A DNA stretch of 64,000 bases from Balamuthia mandrillaris. Lineage: Eukaryota. Where the stretch lies: contig JAVKOQ020000002.1 in NCBI GenBank assembly GCA_031835245.2, forward strand, positions 124,001-188,000, read 5' to 3'. Numbering within the stretch: position 1 is the stretch's first letter; each line of letters opens with the position of its first letter. The notes beneath the pieces are model-generated. The model was given only the letters and a program-made list of their open reading frames with translations. It had not been told where the DNA came from and ran no database searches. The position numbers were made by a program, and so were the translations under genes. Shown here piece after piece: positions 38,010 to 52,190 of the stretch.

Positions 38010-38512
38010 TAGACAGGGCTGCAAAACAACACGTGCCGCCCACTTGTGGTTCCATTCTACAACCCTCCTCCATCTATCCTCCATCTATGGAGGTTTAGCA
38101 GGAGTTTTTTTTTTTGGGTTGTAGGCCTTTACGGAACAAGAGAGGGGGCCTCTTAATAGTAAATGGGGGGGGGGGGAAGGCAGAGTAGTGAGTGAGGCAT
38201 CATTCAAACTGACATTGACACCAGGTGGCACGCGTGCCAGTAATGCTGCCACTTCGCCATCCTTCCTTCATACCAAGACAGTAAAAGAGCAGACAGTACG
38301 ATGTGCATAGCTACAATAAACTGACCCTTGAACATCCCTGGGAGGAAGAGAGCGAATGGCCATGGAGGAGGTTGCAAAGCAATGCTGCTATTGGAGCGGG
38401 CTCCTGCCCCTGGGCTGGCCGGCGCTGCTCATGCGTAACGAATCGCCAAATACACGATAAACAAAGACCGGTAAAGTAAAAAAAAGCCTCAACAACAAGA
38501 AGGTGAACAAAA

Positions 38513-39554
38513 ATGGGGCGGGCAGCAGCAGCACCGCCGGTGCAGCAACTGCAAAGGAGTTTCTTGCGGGACGTAATGGCAGGAACAGCCGGCGGGTTGG
38601 CCGTCTGTTTGGTGGGTCATCCTTTTGACACATTGAAAGTGCGGCTGCAGACGCAGCCCATTCAGCAGCCGATCTACAACGGCCTTTGGGACTGCGTTAA
38701 AAAGACTCTGAAATGGGAAGGCTTGGGTGGGTTGTACAAGGGCGTCGGCTCACCCATCGTAGGACAGATGTTCTTCCGTGCTGTCCTCTTTTCCTCTTAC
38801 GGGCAAAGCAAAGCCTTTCTCACTGACTGGCATCAGGCGCAGTCGCCGGCGGCTACTCCTCTTCCTCCTCACTTGTGCTTTGTGGCAGGAACGCTGACCG
38901 GAGTTGCCGCCTCTTTTGTTGAAGGTCCGATAGATCTCTTCAAATCACAGGTGCAAGTTCAGATCCTTCGTGAAAAGAGTTTGCTGAACAAAGGGCTTCA
39001 ACCACCGCCGCCCCAGTATACCAACGTCTTTGACTGCGCTTACAAGATAGCGAGCAGGTGCGTGTTGTTGGTTTTTATTTGTATTTTGATTTGCCAAGCT
39101 TGATGAGAGACTAACTTGTTCTTCCAGGCACGGTCTACGAGGAGTTTATCAGGGGCTGGGTGCAACCTTGCTCAGAAACATTCCTGCCAACACCTTCTTT
39201 TTTGGGGGCTATGAATGGGCTAAAGCAAGCTTTGCCAGCCTCAACCATGCAGGTGACGCAAGCAAGCTGCGGCCCTGGGAGCTCATGAGCAGCGGCGGCG
39301 TGGGCGGCCTTCTCTACTGGACACTCACCTATCCCACCGACGTCATAAAGTCCAGCATGCAAGGGGACAATCCTCACAAGCCCGACCGAAACTTCAGTGG
39401 CATTGTGGATTGCACCCGCAAGCTTTACCAACAACATGGCTGGCGGCGGTTTACTCGTGGTTTCACACCCTGCTTAATGCGTAGCATACCTGCCAATGCT
39501 GCCATGTTCCTCGTTGTGGAAAAGATGCACACTCTCCTTGCCGAGTGGGTCTAG
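38513..39554 (+). CDS. Mitochondrial carrier (SLC25A20/A29/YMC-like subfamily)
   Basis: Three PxDxxK signatures (HPFDTLKVR, GPIDLFKSQ, YPTDVIKSS), GLYKG and RSIPANA; one intron. Confidence 0.93.
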
Positions 39555-39698
39555 TTTGGTGTGGTGTGGTGTGCGTGCCAGCTTTGCACTTTAGATCTTG
39601 CCGCCGCTGCTCATGCGTGCCTGCTGCTGCTGCTGTTTTGTGACAAACAGCATACGATAGGAACCTGTGGTTGCATCATTATGATTGTATTTTTTTTT

Positions 39699-40803
39699 TT
39701 ACATAAGAAGTTGGTGGTTTTGTAGCAGGAGTTGCTGTAGCTTCGGGTAGAATATCTTTAAAGTAGCGCGGAAGCCATGGCTCGGATCATGACTCAATGG
39801 CAACACTGTTGTGGTGGAAGAGGAAGCGGAGGAAGAGGAGGAACCTAGTGCTTCTGTTGATAGATACACTGAACAAAGGTTCTCAATTTCTTCTTTGTGC
39901 TGGTCAAAGTGAAGACGGATCAAACGCTCGAAAGGGGGTGGAGGGTTGCTCAGGAGATGTATCATAGTCCGTACAGTCCCCAAAAATGCACTTTCATTGT
40001 AGAGCTTGGCCGAGTGAGACCCAAATAAGGTCCCTCTTTGTTTGTCATACCTGTTATCATCACGAAAGCGAGTTAAGAGGCGGGATAACAGATTGAATAC
40101 AGCAGTGTGTCAAACGCACCCCGCCTCAAGGAAGTAGGGCTCTGATGTCCCGAGTATCAGTCCCTGTACGCTGACAGCAACCTTTGAAGATGATAAAAAC
40201 GATCAACTTTCAACTCTGAGGAAAACAAGAGATGATTGGAATTACCTGCAGTAAATTGGAAGTATGGGGATTCCATGTTTCAACGCCCTCTCCTTCCCAA
40301 GTGCCTAAAAGACTCACTAAAAGTTGACGAATGTAAGATTCGCTGCAAAAAGAGCAGTTTTGAATAAGTGGTAGAAGCTTAACGTACGGCATACTTTGCC
40401 CGTTTCATAGAGATTAGGGTTAAATCTTTCATTCAGTGGACTGCAATAATGCACCTTTGGAGGGACGGACGGGTAGGTCTCTCCCAGTTGAACATCGAAG
40501 ATGAATGGGCAATAGGCATATGGTGTTCCCACCGGGCCAGCTATAAGAATTTTGAAGAGATCCATTCTGTTTGCAAAGCCTCTCACGTAAATATCATCTA
40601 AAATCGTAAAGCGTGTGTATGTAAGGCACTACATTCATTTATAGTGTACGCAACACTTACAGGGAAAGACAACTTACTTGGTAAAGATTTTTTTAGAATA
40701 CGCCATTCTTTTGTTACAACTTCAGTCCATTTTTTACGGTTGATGGGTTGCTATTCCTCGTGAGCAATCAGTAACAGCAAACAATCACTAACGAGGAAAA
40801 AAA

Positions 40804-40839
<36 letters not shown>

Positions 40840-43777
40840 CCTACCGTTTCTACAGCACTAAACCGATGGGTGGAGAGACAACGTTGCTCTTCCGCAGAGC
40901 CAGCTTCCAGAAATGCAAACAGAGTAAATGTATTGGAAGTCTCTTCACCTTGTGTTTGCTCTTCCTCTTCGTCTTCCTCTCCACTGCTTAACTCTTCCCA
41001 CTCGTCTTCACTCTCTTCCTCTTCTGTCGGGTCTTTTTCCACTTCGTTCGCCGTGGCACCTCTTCTTCCTGCCACTTCTGGTACATCGCTGGGTTTAGCA
41101 GGCGTTGCTTCCTGATGCTCTGCGTCATCACCTCTTTCATCGTCACTCCTACTGCTACCACTATCTCCTTCAACTTCATCTTCATCTGTATAACCATCCT
41201 CGCTATCATAGTGGTCGGCGTCAATCAGATCAAGGTCATCACTGCAAAACACAAGGATGAGCAACGCAGAAGAGAGAAAGAGGAGAGAGAGAGCCTATCA
41301 ATAGCAGCCTACCTATCAACCCGATACACTTCATCGTAGTTGACCCAATCCTCGGTTCCGTCAGACCAGTGGATGAGGAGCTTTCCACTGCTCATGTCAA
41401 TTAGTTCTCCTACCCACGCTTGCTGTTGCCCACTTACAGGCTCTGTCAGCATAGATGGTGGTGTTTCTGCGGTTGTTTCTAGGATCTGAGGATGCTCGGG
41501 ATGGTAGGCTTTCAGGGGAGAGGCCTCTGGCATGGTCGCTGGAGGCGTGTTTGTGACCACCACCTCTGATGACTGCGGCAACTTAAGCACTATATCTCCA
41601 ATTCTATATTCAAAGTCTGGGTGGCTCTGAATTGTGTAGAACGACACCTCTTCTAGCACTTCGGTCTCCCCTTTTTCTTTCTCTTTGCCATTCTGGGCTG
41701 TTGGGAATGGTAGCCAGAGCACGCGGCATGTCCTTTGGCTGGAGTTAACGTATTTAACGACACCCACTCGAGGTTGACGTGTCGTAGAAGCGGTAGATAT
41801 GTGTTCCGTCGGGCCGCTGTTGGAAACTTCTTGTTGTTGCTGCTGCTGCTGCTGAGGGATAGTAGTGCTGTTGGGAAGGGTGGTGATGGCCATGGGCCGA
41901 AGGAGTTGATTCTCAGTAACCTCAAGGACTAGATCCTCTGGCCAAAAGTCCTTGTCTAGAATGTGCATTACTGGAATCAGTTCTTTCGAGGCAATGTTTT
42001 GTTCTCTACTGCTGTCTTGCCATATTACGTCTGCAAATGTATGGATGCAAGTTACAACTGCACAGTTGTTAGCATCATCGCCAATCTTGTTCTGTTGTTT
42101 TTTCTGGTTTGTATTGTGATGTGACATCTTCTTTTTCGTTTTTTGGTTTTTTTTCTTGCCCTTGGACTTGGTACTGGCATCCCGTTTTTGTCCACTGGTG
42201 ATGTTACGACCATCTTTGTTGCTGTTAGGTTTGTTCTCTTGAGATAGAGAGTAGGTAGTCGACGGTGTTGTGGCAACAGTAAATTCACCCCTACGTACTC
42301 CTACAAACACCACCAGTTGATATTTAAAACGGAGAGAGAGAGAGAGAGAGAGAGAGAGGAGGACATATAGAACATAACTGGATGAGTACCTGGTTGACAG
42401 ATGGCTACATCCCCAATTCTCCAATGAACATGATTAAAGTAATCAAGCACAACCAGCTCAGAGGGCGGATAGGTTGCCCTAGTGCCAGTGGCTAATGCCT
42501 CTCTGTGCTGTTATATGAGACACTCATTGGTCAGTCATATGGGGTCGGCAGGCCGATAAAATGGAGTACCTCGGTGGTAGCAACCCATAGGACTTGAACT
42601 TCAAACGGTTCCACCTTAACAACCCTCTGTGCATCAAATGGTCAGGAAAAATATTGTAGGTTCATCAAGCCAAAGAAAACGTTAGAGAGAGGAACGTACA
42701 CCCTGATTATGCTTGCGTCGTTGATAGGTGCCATGTATCCATCGTATAGAGTCCTGTTTCACAGTGGACATATTGGTGTCGAATAGCATACCAGGATAAT
42801 AGGCATAGTTCCAGTCTTCTTCTTCGTCATCGTCCTCGTCATCGTACTTAATGGGAGGGGCGGGACATAACTCGCAGAGGGCGCCATCTTTGAATTGGAC
42901 CTGTATGCTCACTTTGCACTTGGTTTGAAAACATCAGTGGTGTTCCTCTCATCATCTTACAGTGAGAAAACTAAACCAAACCACTAACCCACAACACAAC
43001 AACAATGCTACAACACAAAGGAGACGAGAATAGAGTAAGTTACATACCATTGTAACACGACCAAGCAAGGGACCCCGCACCACAAAGGTATGAGGCTGAA
43101 AGGAATGCACGTGCCAAGCGTTGTTGGGGGCAGGCACCCACGTCTGTTGTTCGCCAGTTGAGAATTTGAGGTCCAGATAGACATGCACCTTCTCCACCAG
43201 CCCGCTTTGTGCATCGATTGGTGCTTTGGTTTTGGTCACAACGTCTCCCTGCACAATTGCTCTGTCCACCACCACCAGCCGCTTGGCCTCCAGAGCCTCT
43301 TGTTCGTCCTCTAGTAAGGCATCTTGCAGCCTGCGAGGTCCCCATTCCACTAGCACGCTTTCCTCTGGGAGAGGTTCCTCCTCGCTGTCACTGTAGTCCT
43401 CCTCGCTGTCCGACTGCCAACCTAACTTTGAGACGCAGCCAATGTTCTCCGGCTTGTTTGGCAAGCACACCAAGTCATCTGTAAAAAGCTGCTCTTCTTG
43501 TCAGTGACTTGACTCCCTTTGAAACTCCGCCTTCCACTCCACACTCAGAGAGAGAAAGAGGGAGAGAGAGAAAGAGAGAAAGAGAGAAAGAGAGAGAGAG
43601 GAGAGAGAGAGAGAGAGAAATAGAAGACTGACTGAGAGAGACTCTGCCAGTGAGCAGGCAGGTGCGTACCTGAGGGTGGTCTGTGTAAGGAACCTTGCCG
43701 AGCTGAGGACTGGAAGTGTCATTACTATTATTGCTGTCATTGTTGCTGGTGCTGTTGTGGTGCAGTCGTCGCTGCAT
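39699..43777 (-). CDS. Large E2/E3 hybrid ubiquitin-conjugating enzyme (UBE2O/PHO2-like)
   Basis: VVVDRAIVQGDVV, V.WQD, HPDFEYRIGDIV, and C-terminal UBC domain RMDL...GPVGTPY...FNPNLYETGKVC|SLLGTWEG. Confidence 0.88.
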
Positions 43778-44140
43778 GATGCTGAAAGTACGGGTGCGGG
43801 GGAGCAACCCAACAGTCCGCTCGCTAGCTCGCTTCCCGCCGTTAAACGCACAGGCACACAGGTCTTCTTCTCCAAGAGGAGGAGGAAGAAGAGGAAGCAG
43901 CAGCAGCTTTCTCTGTCCTCCGCTTTTCACGATGAGCCTCCAAGCTATGAGGTGGAGGTGGCCAAAGTAAGGGGCACCGATGCTCATAGGGTAGGTAGCG
44001 TAATTACGAAACCCTTCTTGGCCCTCTGCCCTGCCTGTCCCACCCCCACACAACCCCCACCCCTCCCACCAGCAGCAGACCAAAGAGGAGGAAGGGAGAA
44101 GCTAGCAGTGGCGTCCGGCCCCGGTACGCACAAAACGAGC

Positions 44141-45459
44141 ATGGCGGAGGCAACCACCCCCACCCCCACTGTTCTTTCTGCCGCCGCTGGAGGCAAGCCC
44201 CCCGCCAAAGCCGCCAAGGAGGCAAAGGAGAGCAAGCTAGAGCCCAGCAGCCTGGAGGCTCTGCTGGAGAAGCGGCTGGCAAACTTCGACTACCTAAAAC
44301 GGGTGCACCAGGGCTCCGCCCTCTGGATGAACACCCTCCAACTCACCAAAGAAGACCTGGCCCGGTTTTACCTCCACAAAACCCAACGCAAAAAGACGCT
44401 TACTTCCCTCACCTCCAACGGCCCGCTTAGCATTTCTCCTTCCGCTGCCTCTTCCTTCTCCTCCTCTTCGTCCTCTCACGCACCAACCAATACCAACGAC
44501 ACATTTCTTCAAAAGCGGTGCGTTTGCTCGCCCTGCATTCTCTCTTTTTTCCCTCCTCTTTATTCTCTCTAGTTGAGCCTCCAGCAAACCATGTATTAAA
44601 AAGGTCAGAGAGCTGGTTCTACATGGGCATTAGCTTGGCCCCGTTGATCACCGTGGATACCGCCGAAACATTCCTGCATGCCTTTCTAACCTTCTGGGAG
44701 GAGTACGAGGACTGGACCGAGAAAGGCGGTCCCGACCAGGAAATTCCCTCTGGTGCTGCTGGCACCAACTATTCCGGCAAGAAGACACCCAGAAAGAGAG
44801 TAATGCTGCCTAAGCCTCCTTCCTCTTCCTCCCCCCTACCTTCCTCTTCTCTCCCTCTGCATTAACACTTGCCTTGTCATTGTAGTCAAAACGAGAGTAC
44901 CTGACCACCCCAAACATAGTACGTATTATGTTTGCTTTCTCTGTTTGTTGATACAAGATCCTTAGCGTAGATGGTGTGTGCCATCTTATTAACCCTCATC
45001 ATGAATGTGTTGCTATGCAGCCATCCACCCTCGACTACCTTGAAATAGTGTACAGCTTGTTTGATCTACTCGTTCATCTCTACAAAAAGCTGCTCAGCTT
45101 GTGTGCTACTCTCACTACCACACAAATCAAAACCGCCTTTAAGATAGATGCCCGCATCAAGGTACGATTTCTCCATTCTTTAATGTCTGCATTTCTCCCC
45201 CTGTAGCTTCTTTCTGCTATTTTCTTCTCTTTTTGTCCTGCCTCCTCCGCCTTGATTGTGCAAACTGACATGAATGCATTATACGTGGCGATGGCTGCTT
45301 TCCTTGGCGGATGAGTAGAATCACGTGCTTACCACGGTCAGCAAAGAGTTAGAGAAGTTAGCTCTGGCGACGTTGGATGAGCAAATGGCAAGCGTTGGCA
45401 ACCTATTCAGCAGCGGCCTCATAGTACTTGGTGGCGGTCACCACCTGCTTGAGGACTAG
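44141..45459 (+). CDS. Conserved-looking uncharacterised protein (multi-exon)
   Basis: Coherent exons KRLANFDYLKRVHQG..WMNT, WFYMGISL and P.TLDYLEIVYSLFDLL..LYKK..KIDARIK with GT-AG boundaries. Confidence 0.6.
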
Positions 45460-45621
45460 GGAGCGACTGTCGTGGTGAATGGTAAGAGGAGGGTGGTGCA
45501 GATGTATTTATACCACAGCTGAGACAACGCAAACTTTGCTTTGTGAACTTTGTACAACCTTTTTAGACAAACAACTTAAATAATAATAAAAATAATGAGG
45601 AAAGGGAGGAGAACATCTTGC

Positions 45622-47420
45622 TTAAGAACGGTGAAGAGGAGGAGAGCGTCGACGAGGGCGATAGCTGGGGGCCGTAGAAGACGGGAGCGATCTGTTGAAC
45701 GAGAGGCCTGCCGTCAGCAGCTCCTTCAAATTGTTAAAGAGAAGACGAAGCAAGCGGGGAGCTCTGTCTTTTCGCAGAAACAAAAGGAAGGAATAGCATC
45801 CAAGGAAAGAGGCAACGAGGCATAAGCCTAACCACAACGTATAGCGCAGGGTCATTGCGTGGCGTTTTGCAAAATGAGAAGAAGGGGCGAGACTGGTGGG
45901 AGTAGATATGGAGGAGGTGATTGGGCTGGCTAGAGACATTATCCATTGGAAAAGGCTTTGCGGAAATGTCACGTCAGAAGGTGAGACAACCACATCTGTG
46001 TTGGTATTGCGTCTGATAGTAGGAAGGCTGGTTATGGCAGATGCGTCTCTTTCTTCCACCCTATGTGATGAGGAAAGAGGTGCACTACGTTCACCACTGG
46101 TGTCATCGCTTAGCACTTTATTGCTAGTTGGTGATGCTGGGTTGGTTGTTTGAAATGTATCGCTGTGGGTGGCAATAGGAGTAGTAGCAGCAGCAGCAGT
46201 CTTCTGTTGCCGGCTGGAAGGGGGCTGCTCTTTGCGTTCTTCCGCCGCTCGTTGCTCCGAAAACAAAGCCCGCCTCAACCTCTTTATTTTTGGATTTTTA
46301 ATGTTAGTTTTTGAGAAGAGGTTCGGAAACAAAAGTACCTCCAGTTTTTGGGCAGGGATGGCGGTGGCGTCGCCAAGGTGAGCTAACAAGTCACTGGCCT
46401 CCTGGTAATGTTGCAGAGGCAAAAGAATATGCATCACAAACAGCTCAAGAACAGCAAGGCTTTGCTGTCTTGTGAATGGTGGCCACCGTTTGTTCTCTTC
46501 CTCCTTGGCTTCCTTTCGGCTCTTACTATGGTCATTGTCAGCAAATAGCAAGGCAAATAGGACCAATTCCTGCTGTCTCTTCTTTTCTTCGCATGCTGAT
46601 GTAGTAGCAGCAGAAGGAGTAGAAGTTAGACGAGGAGGACCTTTTCCACCATTGGCCTGCTGTTGCTCTAAGGGCAAGGAGTCTTCCTCCTTGTCTGCCT
46701 TCTCCTTGCCTTTACGGCTGCTGGCTTCCTCATGGTTGCCGAGTTCCGGATTGGCAGTCACCACGGCGGCGTTGAGGTAGGCCACTGCCAATTCTTTGGC
46801 ATGTTCCAACTGGCCAAGAGAGATTTGCAAGTTCAGCCTTCACAACGTTGGATGGAATATATATTAGCACGAGAACGGAAACTAGAAGGGGAAGCACGAA
46901 TAACCTACATTAACAAGAACACTTGCAGGGGTATGTGAGGCAAAGCTCCGTAGAACTCAAAGATGAAGTCCTCCACGTCCACATGCCGCTTCAACTCGAA
47001 AAGAAGCTGTATCATAAGGAGCACCAACCGAGTCGCCGTGTCGTTCCGGGCTAATGTTGCCTTCCAATCGTCTTTACGTGCGGTAGTGCTGCCTGAAAAG
47101 CCTTGGCGGAGAGTTTCTTCTTTCTTCGCCTGTGGGTGAAGAGCGCGTTTTGTTTGCGCAAAGTTGTGTAGCACGTTGTTGGGGTTGGCGGTAGGCTTGT
47201 GAGCAGCTGTGTGGGGAGGCAAAGTGGTGGTCACAGCGCGAGCATCGTACTTGGCCAGCTGCTCCCTGCAAAGGAGGAAAGCGTCCTGGAAGCGCCCCAA
47301 CAAAAACAGGCTTTCGATCTGGTCGAGCGCCACGCTGGCGCTCATCTTTTCCTTGCTGGTGCACAGGGAGCGGCGGCGTTCCTGCTCTTCCCACCCGTTG
47401 GGCAGGCTGCTGGCTTCCAT
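45622..47420 (-). CDS. Tail-anchored helical protein, PEX26/APEM9/Pex15-like candidate
   Basis: N-terminal helical region (ESLFLLGRFQDA..C; LMIQLLFEL; IPLQVFLLW; LELFVMHILLP), low-complexity linker and a single C-terminal TM helix followed by basic residues. Confidence 0.5.
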
Positions 47421-47687
47421 GTGGCAGGGGGAAAAGAATAGCTGGGAAGAGGTCCTCCTGCTGCTGCGGTGGTGGTGGTGGTGGTTTTCTGACCAGGTCC
47501 TCCTGCTCCTGCTGCTGCTGCTTTCGGAGGGTTTCTTCTGTTGTTGTCGTCGTTATTTTTCTTCTCTTTTTTTGTGCCAGTCTTCTTCTGCTGCTGCAGG
47601 TTTCCTGCACCAATGGAGCAGGTGGTGGTCCATCGAGCACAATTCCTCCTCCTCTTCTTCAGGCAGGAACATACCCGCAGCAGCAGA

Positions 47688-48810
47688 ATGCGTACCACCA
47701 CCGCAGCCGGTACCGCTGCCGCTTTATCGTCATCCTCCGCTTCCGCCGTCGCTGCTCCCCCTCAAACAGATGGTGCAGTCGGGAGGGCGGCGCCATCACC
47801 GCTCTTGCTGCTGCTGAAAGGGAGGCGGTGGTACGTGGAGGACCCCTATCACCCCCAAAACGACCTCACGTTCTTCGGTAGGACCATTGCTTTGCAGGAA
47901 GCGGAAGAAAACCAAGGACAAACCCCAGGAGGGGAGGCCTCCTCCTCTTCCGTATCCCACGCTGCCAAGACGGGCTATCGGCTGTGGGTAGGTTACCCTT
48001 CCTTCTCCTCCTCCCTCCGACTTGGTTAAGGTGGTAATGCCTGAACCGCGGCGACTGACAGCGCTGAGCTACTACTACTACTACCAAAGGACAGTTCCAT
48101 AGCGCTGGCAAAATACTTGGAGCACAGCCAACAAGAATACAAATGGGAAGGGAAGCGAGTGCTGGAGGTGGGCGCTGGTTGCGGCCTTGTCGGCATCGCC
48201 CTTGCCCTTCAAGGTATTTTTTCTCCTTTCCTCTTTTTTCTTTTCCGTTTTATTGTTGCCAACATGATGGTAATGCTTTTGGTTTTACATAGGAGCAAAC
48301 GTGGTGATGACGGACCTTGAGGAGGTACTACCCAACCTGCAACGCAACCTGCAAGCCAACAAACTACTGCACAAAGATGCACTGCAAGCGGAACCCCAAG
48401 TGAGGATAGGATGCCTGCGGTGGGGCCATCCCCTTGATGTTGATGCTATCTGTGCCATTACTTCACAAACGCAGCGTGATACGAAGGAGAAACCACAAGA
48501 AGCTGAAGAAAAAGGGTTTGACTATGTGGTGGCATCAGATGTCATTTGGTTGGATCACTTGGTGGAACCGCTGGTGAAGACATTGGTGATGGTGGCAAAG
48601 AAGGGATGTCCTCAACAGCCCACTGAAATCATTTTGGCACAGGAAACGAGGTCCCTAAGAGTCGAACGAAAGTTTTTCGAGCAAATGGAGGAGGAGGGCT
48701 TCTCCTTGCATCCCGTTGCATGGAATGAGCTGCACCCCGATTTTAGGAACAGGGCCATCACCATCTACCGCATACGCCCGACAGCCTCCTTGCTCCACAA
48801 TAGCAAATAA
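47688..48810 (+). CDS. METTL21/EFM-type (Methyltransf_16) protein lysine methyltransferase
   Basis: TGYRLW, VLEVGAGCGLVG, MTD, LRWG and FDYVVASDVIW. Confidence 0.88.
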
Positions 48811-48869
48811 TATCATCGCCTGACCAATACATTCCCCCCACGCTATCTCACTAGAACGAACACATAGAA

Positions 48870-49529
48870 TTATTTGAACTTTAATGAGAAGGACTTGTGC
48901 GTTGGCTCCGTAAATACATCCACAAGAGGCGTGTTGCCAGCTGCCGTAAGAATCTTTGACAACACAACAATAAGCAAAAAAGCGATAAATTACATGCAAG
49001 TTGGAACAAAGAAAAGAGGGGGTGATGAGGAACAGAGAGGGCGAAGGAACTACATACAGCTAAGTTGACGGGATCCTTATTAGCACTTAACGAAAATATA
49101 GAGGATGACGAAGTGGTTATCCGATTCAAGAACTTGCCGTTACTCTTATGCCACAAATAGAGCTTGTCCTCATTTCCTGCTGATAAAATCTTTCGGGAAA
49201 TGAGCGTTGCTCATCAACCAGATGTGAGACAGCAAACCAACAAACAAACCTTATCTTCATGAAAGAGAACAGCTTGTGGAGCACCAGCCGAAGGCATGAC
49301 CGCCGTTGCCGTCAAGGAAGAGAGATGCCATAGAGAAAGGTAACGAGTGCCGCCGCCACACACCATCCAATTATCAGAAGGATCAAGAGCCATGCAGCTA
49401 ACCCAGCAGTTGGACTTGGCCTTGGGCAGCGACGACGTGTCGGTGGTGACAGCCTGCAGTGCAACTGGATCTAGCATTGCTGTTGACTCCATCGTCCTTG
49501 TATCTTTGTGAAACGAATCGTAAATGGAA

Positions 49530-49562
<33 letters not shown>

Positions 49563-50848
49563 CAAAGTAAAGACTTACCCCAAATACGAACGGTTCCATC
49601 TTCGGAGCCGGTGAGAACTTGACTCTCTTGCTGGCGCGCCACTATACAATGAAGGTAGTCGCTGTGTCCTTGCATTCTACCGATCTGCTTTTGTGTACTG
49701 AGATCGTAGGCATAAGCGTCCTTCTCTCCTGTTGCTGTGTACAATGTTTCCATCTTGACAATAGTGTCGTTCGTAACGGAATGAGGAAGAGGAAAAATAA
49801 TAGATAGAATATAATAGGCTGCACTTTATGGGGACAGCGTACTCGATTGTCAGTGGCCATTCCATTAGTTTCCGTTCTTGTTTTGTTTGTCAACTGGAAT
49901 AAAAGGTGGTTGGTGCTAACATAGTCTTCCACCACCCCTAAGTTTGTTTGTTGAGTGGCAAAAGACTGCTGCTGATGGGAGCCACCTTTGGTGGCAGCAC
50001 CCTCCTCCATAGCCATACCTGCATCGGTACATCCTGGTCAGGCATCATTTGTAGGTTAAACGAAAATCAACACAGCAGTACTTTCAGCAACTTCCTTGGC
50101 CCTTTTGACAATATCCCAACATTTCTGGGCTATGGCGTTCCAGTCCCATGCCCTTATTTCTTGTTCCGCTCCACTATCGTGATGTGAGAGAGAGAGAGGT
50201 GTCGTTAATAGCTGTATTAATGAAGAGAGCAAGAATAACGGGTGGATAGGACAGAGAGAGGAGGGCAGGAGAAATGTTGCACCTTATGAGCAACTGACCA
50301 TGGCCAGAGAAGCTCAACGAATATATGGAGGAGGAGTAATGGTGAGCTTGGAAGGAGTAGGTTGGTGGTGGACAGTGGTTCCTAAACAGCAAAGAGGAAG
50401 AAAATAAAATGAGAATAAAGCGGGAGAAGAGAACTGCAGCAGCAGAATGGGGAAGCCAATACTTGCCTCGACTTGCTCTTGCCAAGTGCGCTCTGCCAAT
50501 AGCCTTCACTCTGATAATGAGGCACAAACATAGAGCACGAGCATGCACACAGAGACAATAAAAATCAGAAGAAGAAGCAGCAGAAGGGGGAGAGAGCAAG
50601 CTACTCACCAAACAACGGTCCAGCAGCCACACGCAGAGTTTACCATAAGAGTTGCCGCACACTAGAAAGTGACCGTCTGGTGAGAATGCGGAGGCGAAGA
50701 CAGTGGTCTCCCGTTCCCTCTGCTTCTTCAGCAACCGTTCTCGGTACGCTGAGGAGAATGAAGCTTCTTCTGCTGCTGCTGCTGCTGCGGTGCTCTCCAT
50801 CTTGCCGTTGCTGTTGCTCCTTTCTCCGTTGAATGTTCGTGTCGTCAT
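48870..50848 (-). CDS. THOC6: WD40 protein, THO complex subunit 6-like
   Basis: FSPDGHFLVCGNSYG, GHSDYLHCI, TGSEDGTVRIW and WMVCGGG..LSLWHL match THOC6 hallmarks. Confidence 0.8.
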
Positions 50849-50964
50849 CGAAAAATATCATGTCGACGTTTTAGCTTTGCAAAAGGAAAGCTTGAACTAT
50901 TCCACCCAGCGGTAGAAGAAGCAGAAGAAGAAGCAGAAGAAGAAGAAGAACCCCAAGTAAAAGT

Positions 50965-51929
50965 ATGGAGGAGCAGCTAGCGGCTGCTTTCGAAACGTTG
51001 ATAGAGCAGCCGGACGTGGACTTTCATCCGGCCCTCACCACTTTGGTGAAACTGGTGAACAATGTACTGCAGCACCCTGAACCGGACTCCAAGTTCAGAA
51101 AAGTGGCCTTCACCAGCAAGGTCTTTCAGGACAAGGTGTGGAAGGTCAAAGGCGCACCCCAGTTTCTGCAAGCTTTGGGCTGGACCAGGGTAATCCTCTG
51201 CTTTCTTTCGTTGAATTGTTGTTTTTTAAAAAATATATATTGATTATTTTTTTTGTTCTGTTCTGTTCTGTTCTGTTCTGTTCTGTTCTGTTCTGTTCTG
51301 TTCTGTTCTGTTCTGTTCTGTTCTGTTCTGTTCTGTTCTGTTCTGTTCTGTTCTGTTCTGTTCTGTTCTGTTCTGTTCTGTTCTGTTCTGTTCTGTTCTG
51401 TTCTGTTCTGTTCTGTTCTGTTCTGTTCTGTTCTGTTCTGTTCTGTTCTGTTCTGTTCTGTTCTGTTCTGTTCTGTTCTGTTCTGTTCTGTTCTGTTCTG
51501 TTCTGTGGGTGAACTACTGGGCGGATAGGAAGGAGACTTTTTCATATTCCCAGAGAGTGGCAGCATGGAGGCTCTGGAAATAGGGTGGACCTTGCTGCAG
51601 ACAGGAGAGGACCGCCACGCTGAGTACCAACGCCAGCAGCGTGCCAAGCAACGCAAGCAAGAACACGCGGCGGAAGAGGCCAAGAAGAAAGAAATATTGG
51701 CCAAGGTGCAGGCTGACCGCAAGGAAGTAAGCCAAAAAGAATACCATGACTCGGTACATATTTACATGCTCCCACGTACTTGCTTAGCGGCTTTAAGAGA
51801 CACGTCTTAACTTCTTTTATCAACTTTTGTCCTATCATGCAGAAATCTCAGCTGTGTGGTGGTGGAGCTAACATTAGCAACTTTAGGGCTTTGGGGGTTG
51901 ACCTTAACAAAGGTGGTCGCTGAGGTTAA
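50965..51929 (+). CDS. PUB-domain protein, probable selenoprotein (Sec at penultimate codon). Exons 50965-51189, 51529-51753, 51843-51929; 178 aa
   Basis: PUB signature LVKLVNNVLQHP...KFRKV...FQDKV..VKGA.QFLQALGW, then a charged coiled coil. Last exon KSQLCGGGANISNFRALGVDLNKGGR-TGA-G-TAA. SECIS-like hairpin downstream. Confidence 0.85.
51254..51505. repeat. Perfect (TTCTG)n pentanucleotide microsatellite in intron 1 of the PUB gene
   Basis: Directly visible. Confidence 0.97.
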
Positions 51930-52190
51930 TGGTTAGTTTGGTTTCCTTTTACAATCGCTCTATCTTCAATTGGCTGAATTCATTGTTATTCTATTGTTAC
52001 AAGCGTCGGGAGACACGTTTTGCATAAGGAATGCTAAGATAATAGGAAGGAGTGGCACCATCTCGTTTGTAGATATAGTATTTCTTCCCTTCCTACTCTG
52101 TGCATAGCCTCCCGACGCCCTCATCCCAAGGAGTGATTAGGCAGGATTCCACCGCACATTAGCGTCACCACAAGTGCACCTGCTGTTGCT

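Noticed and set aside
51126..51722. ORFs with repeated EQNRT or VLFCS
   Set aside because: Translations of the intronic (TTCTG)n repeat.
32379..51929. Functional clustering of ubiquitin-related genes (CUE protein, UBE2O-like, PUB protein)
   Set aside because: Ubiquitin-system genes are numerous, and these are separated by unrelated genes; chance is sufficient.
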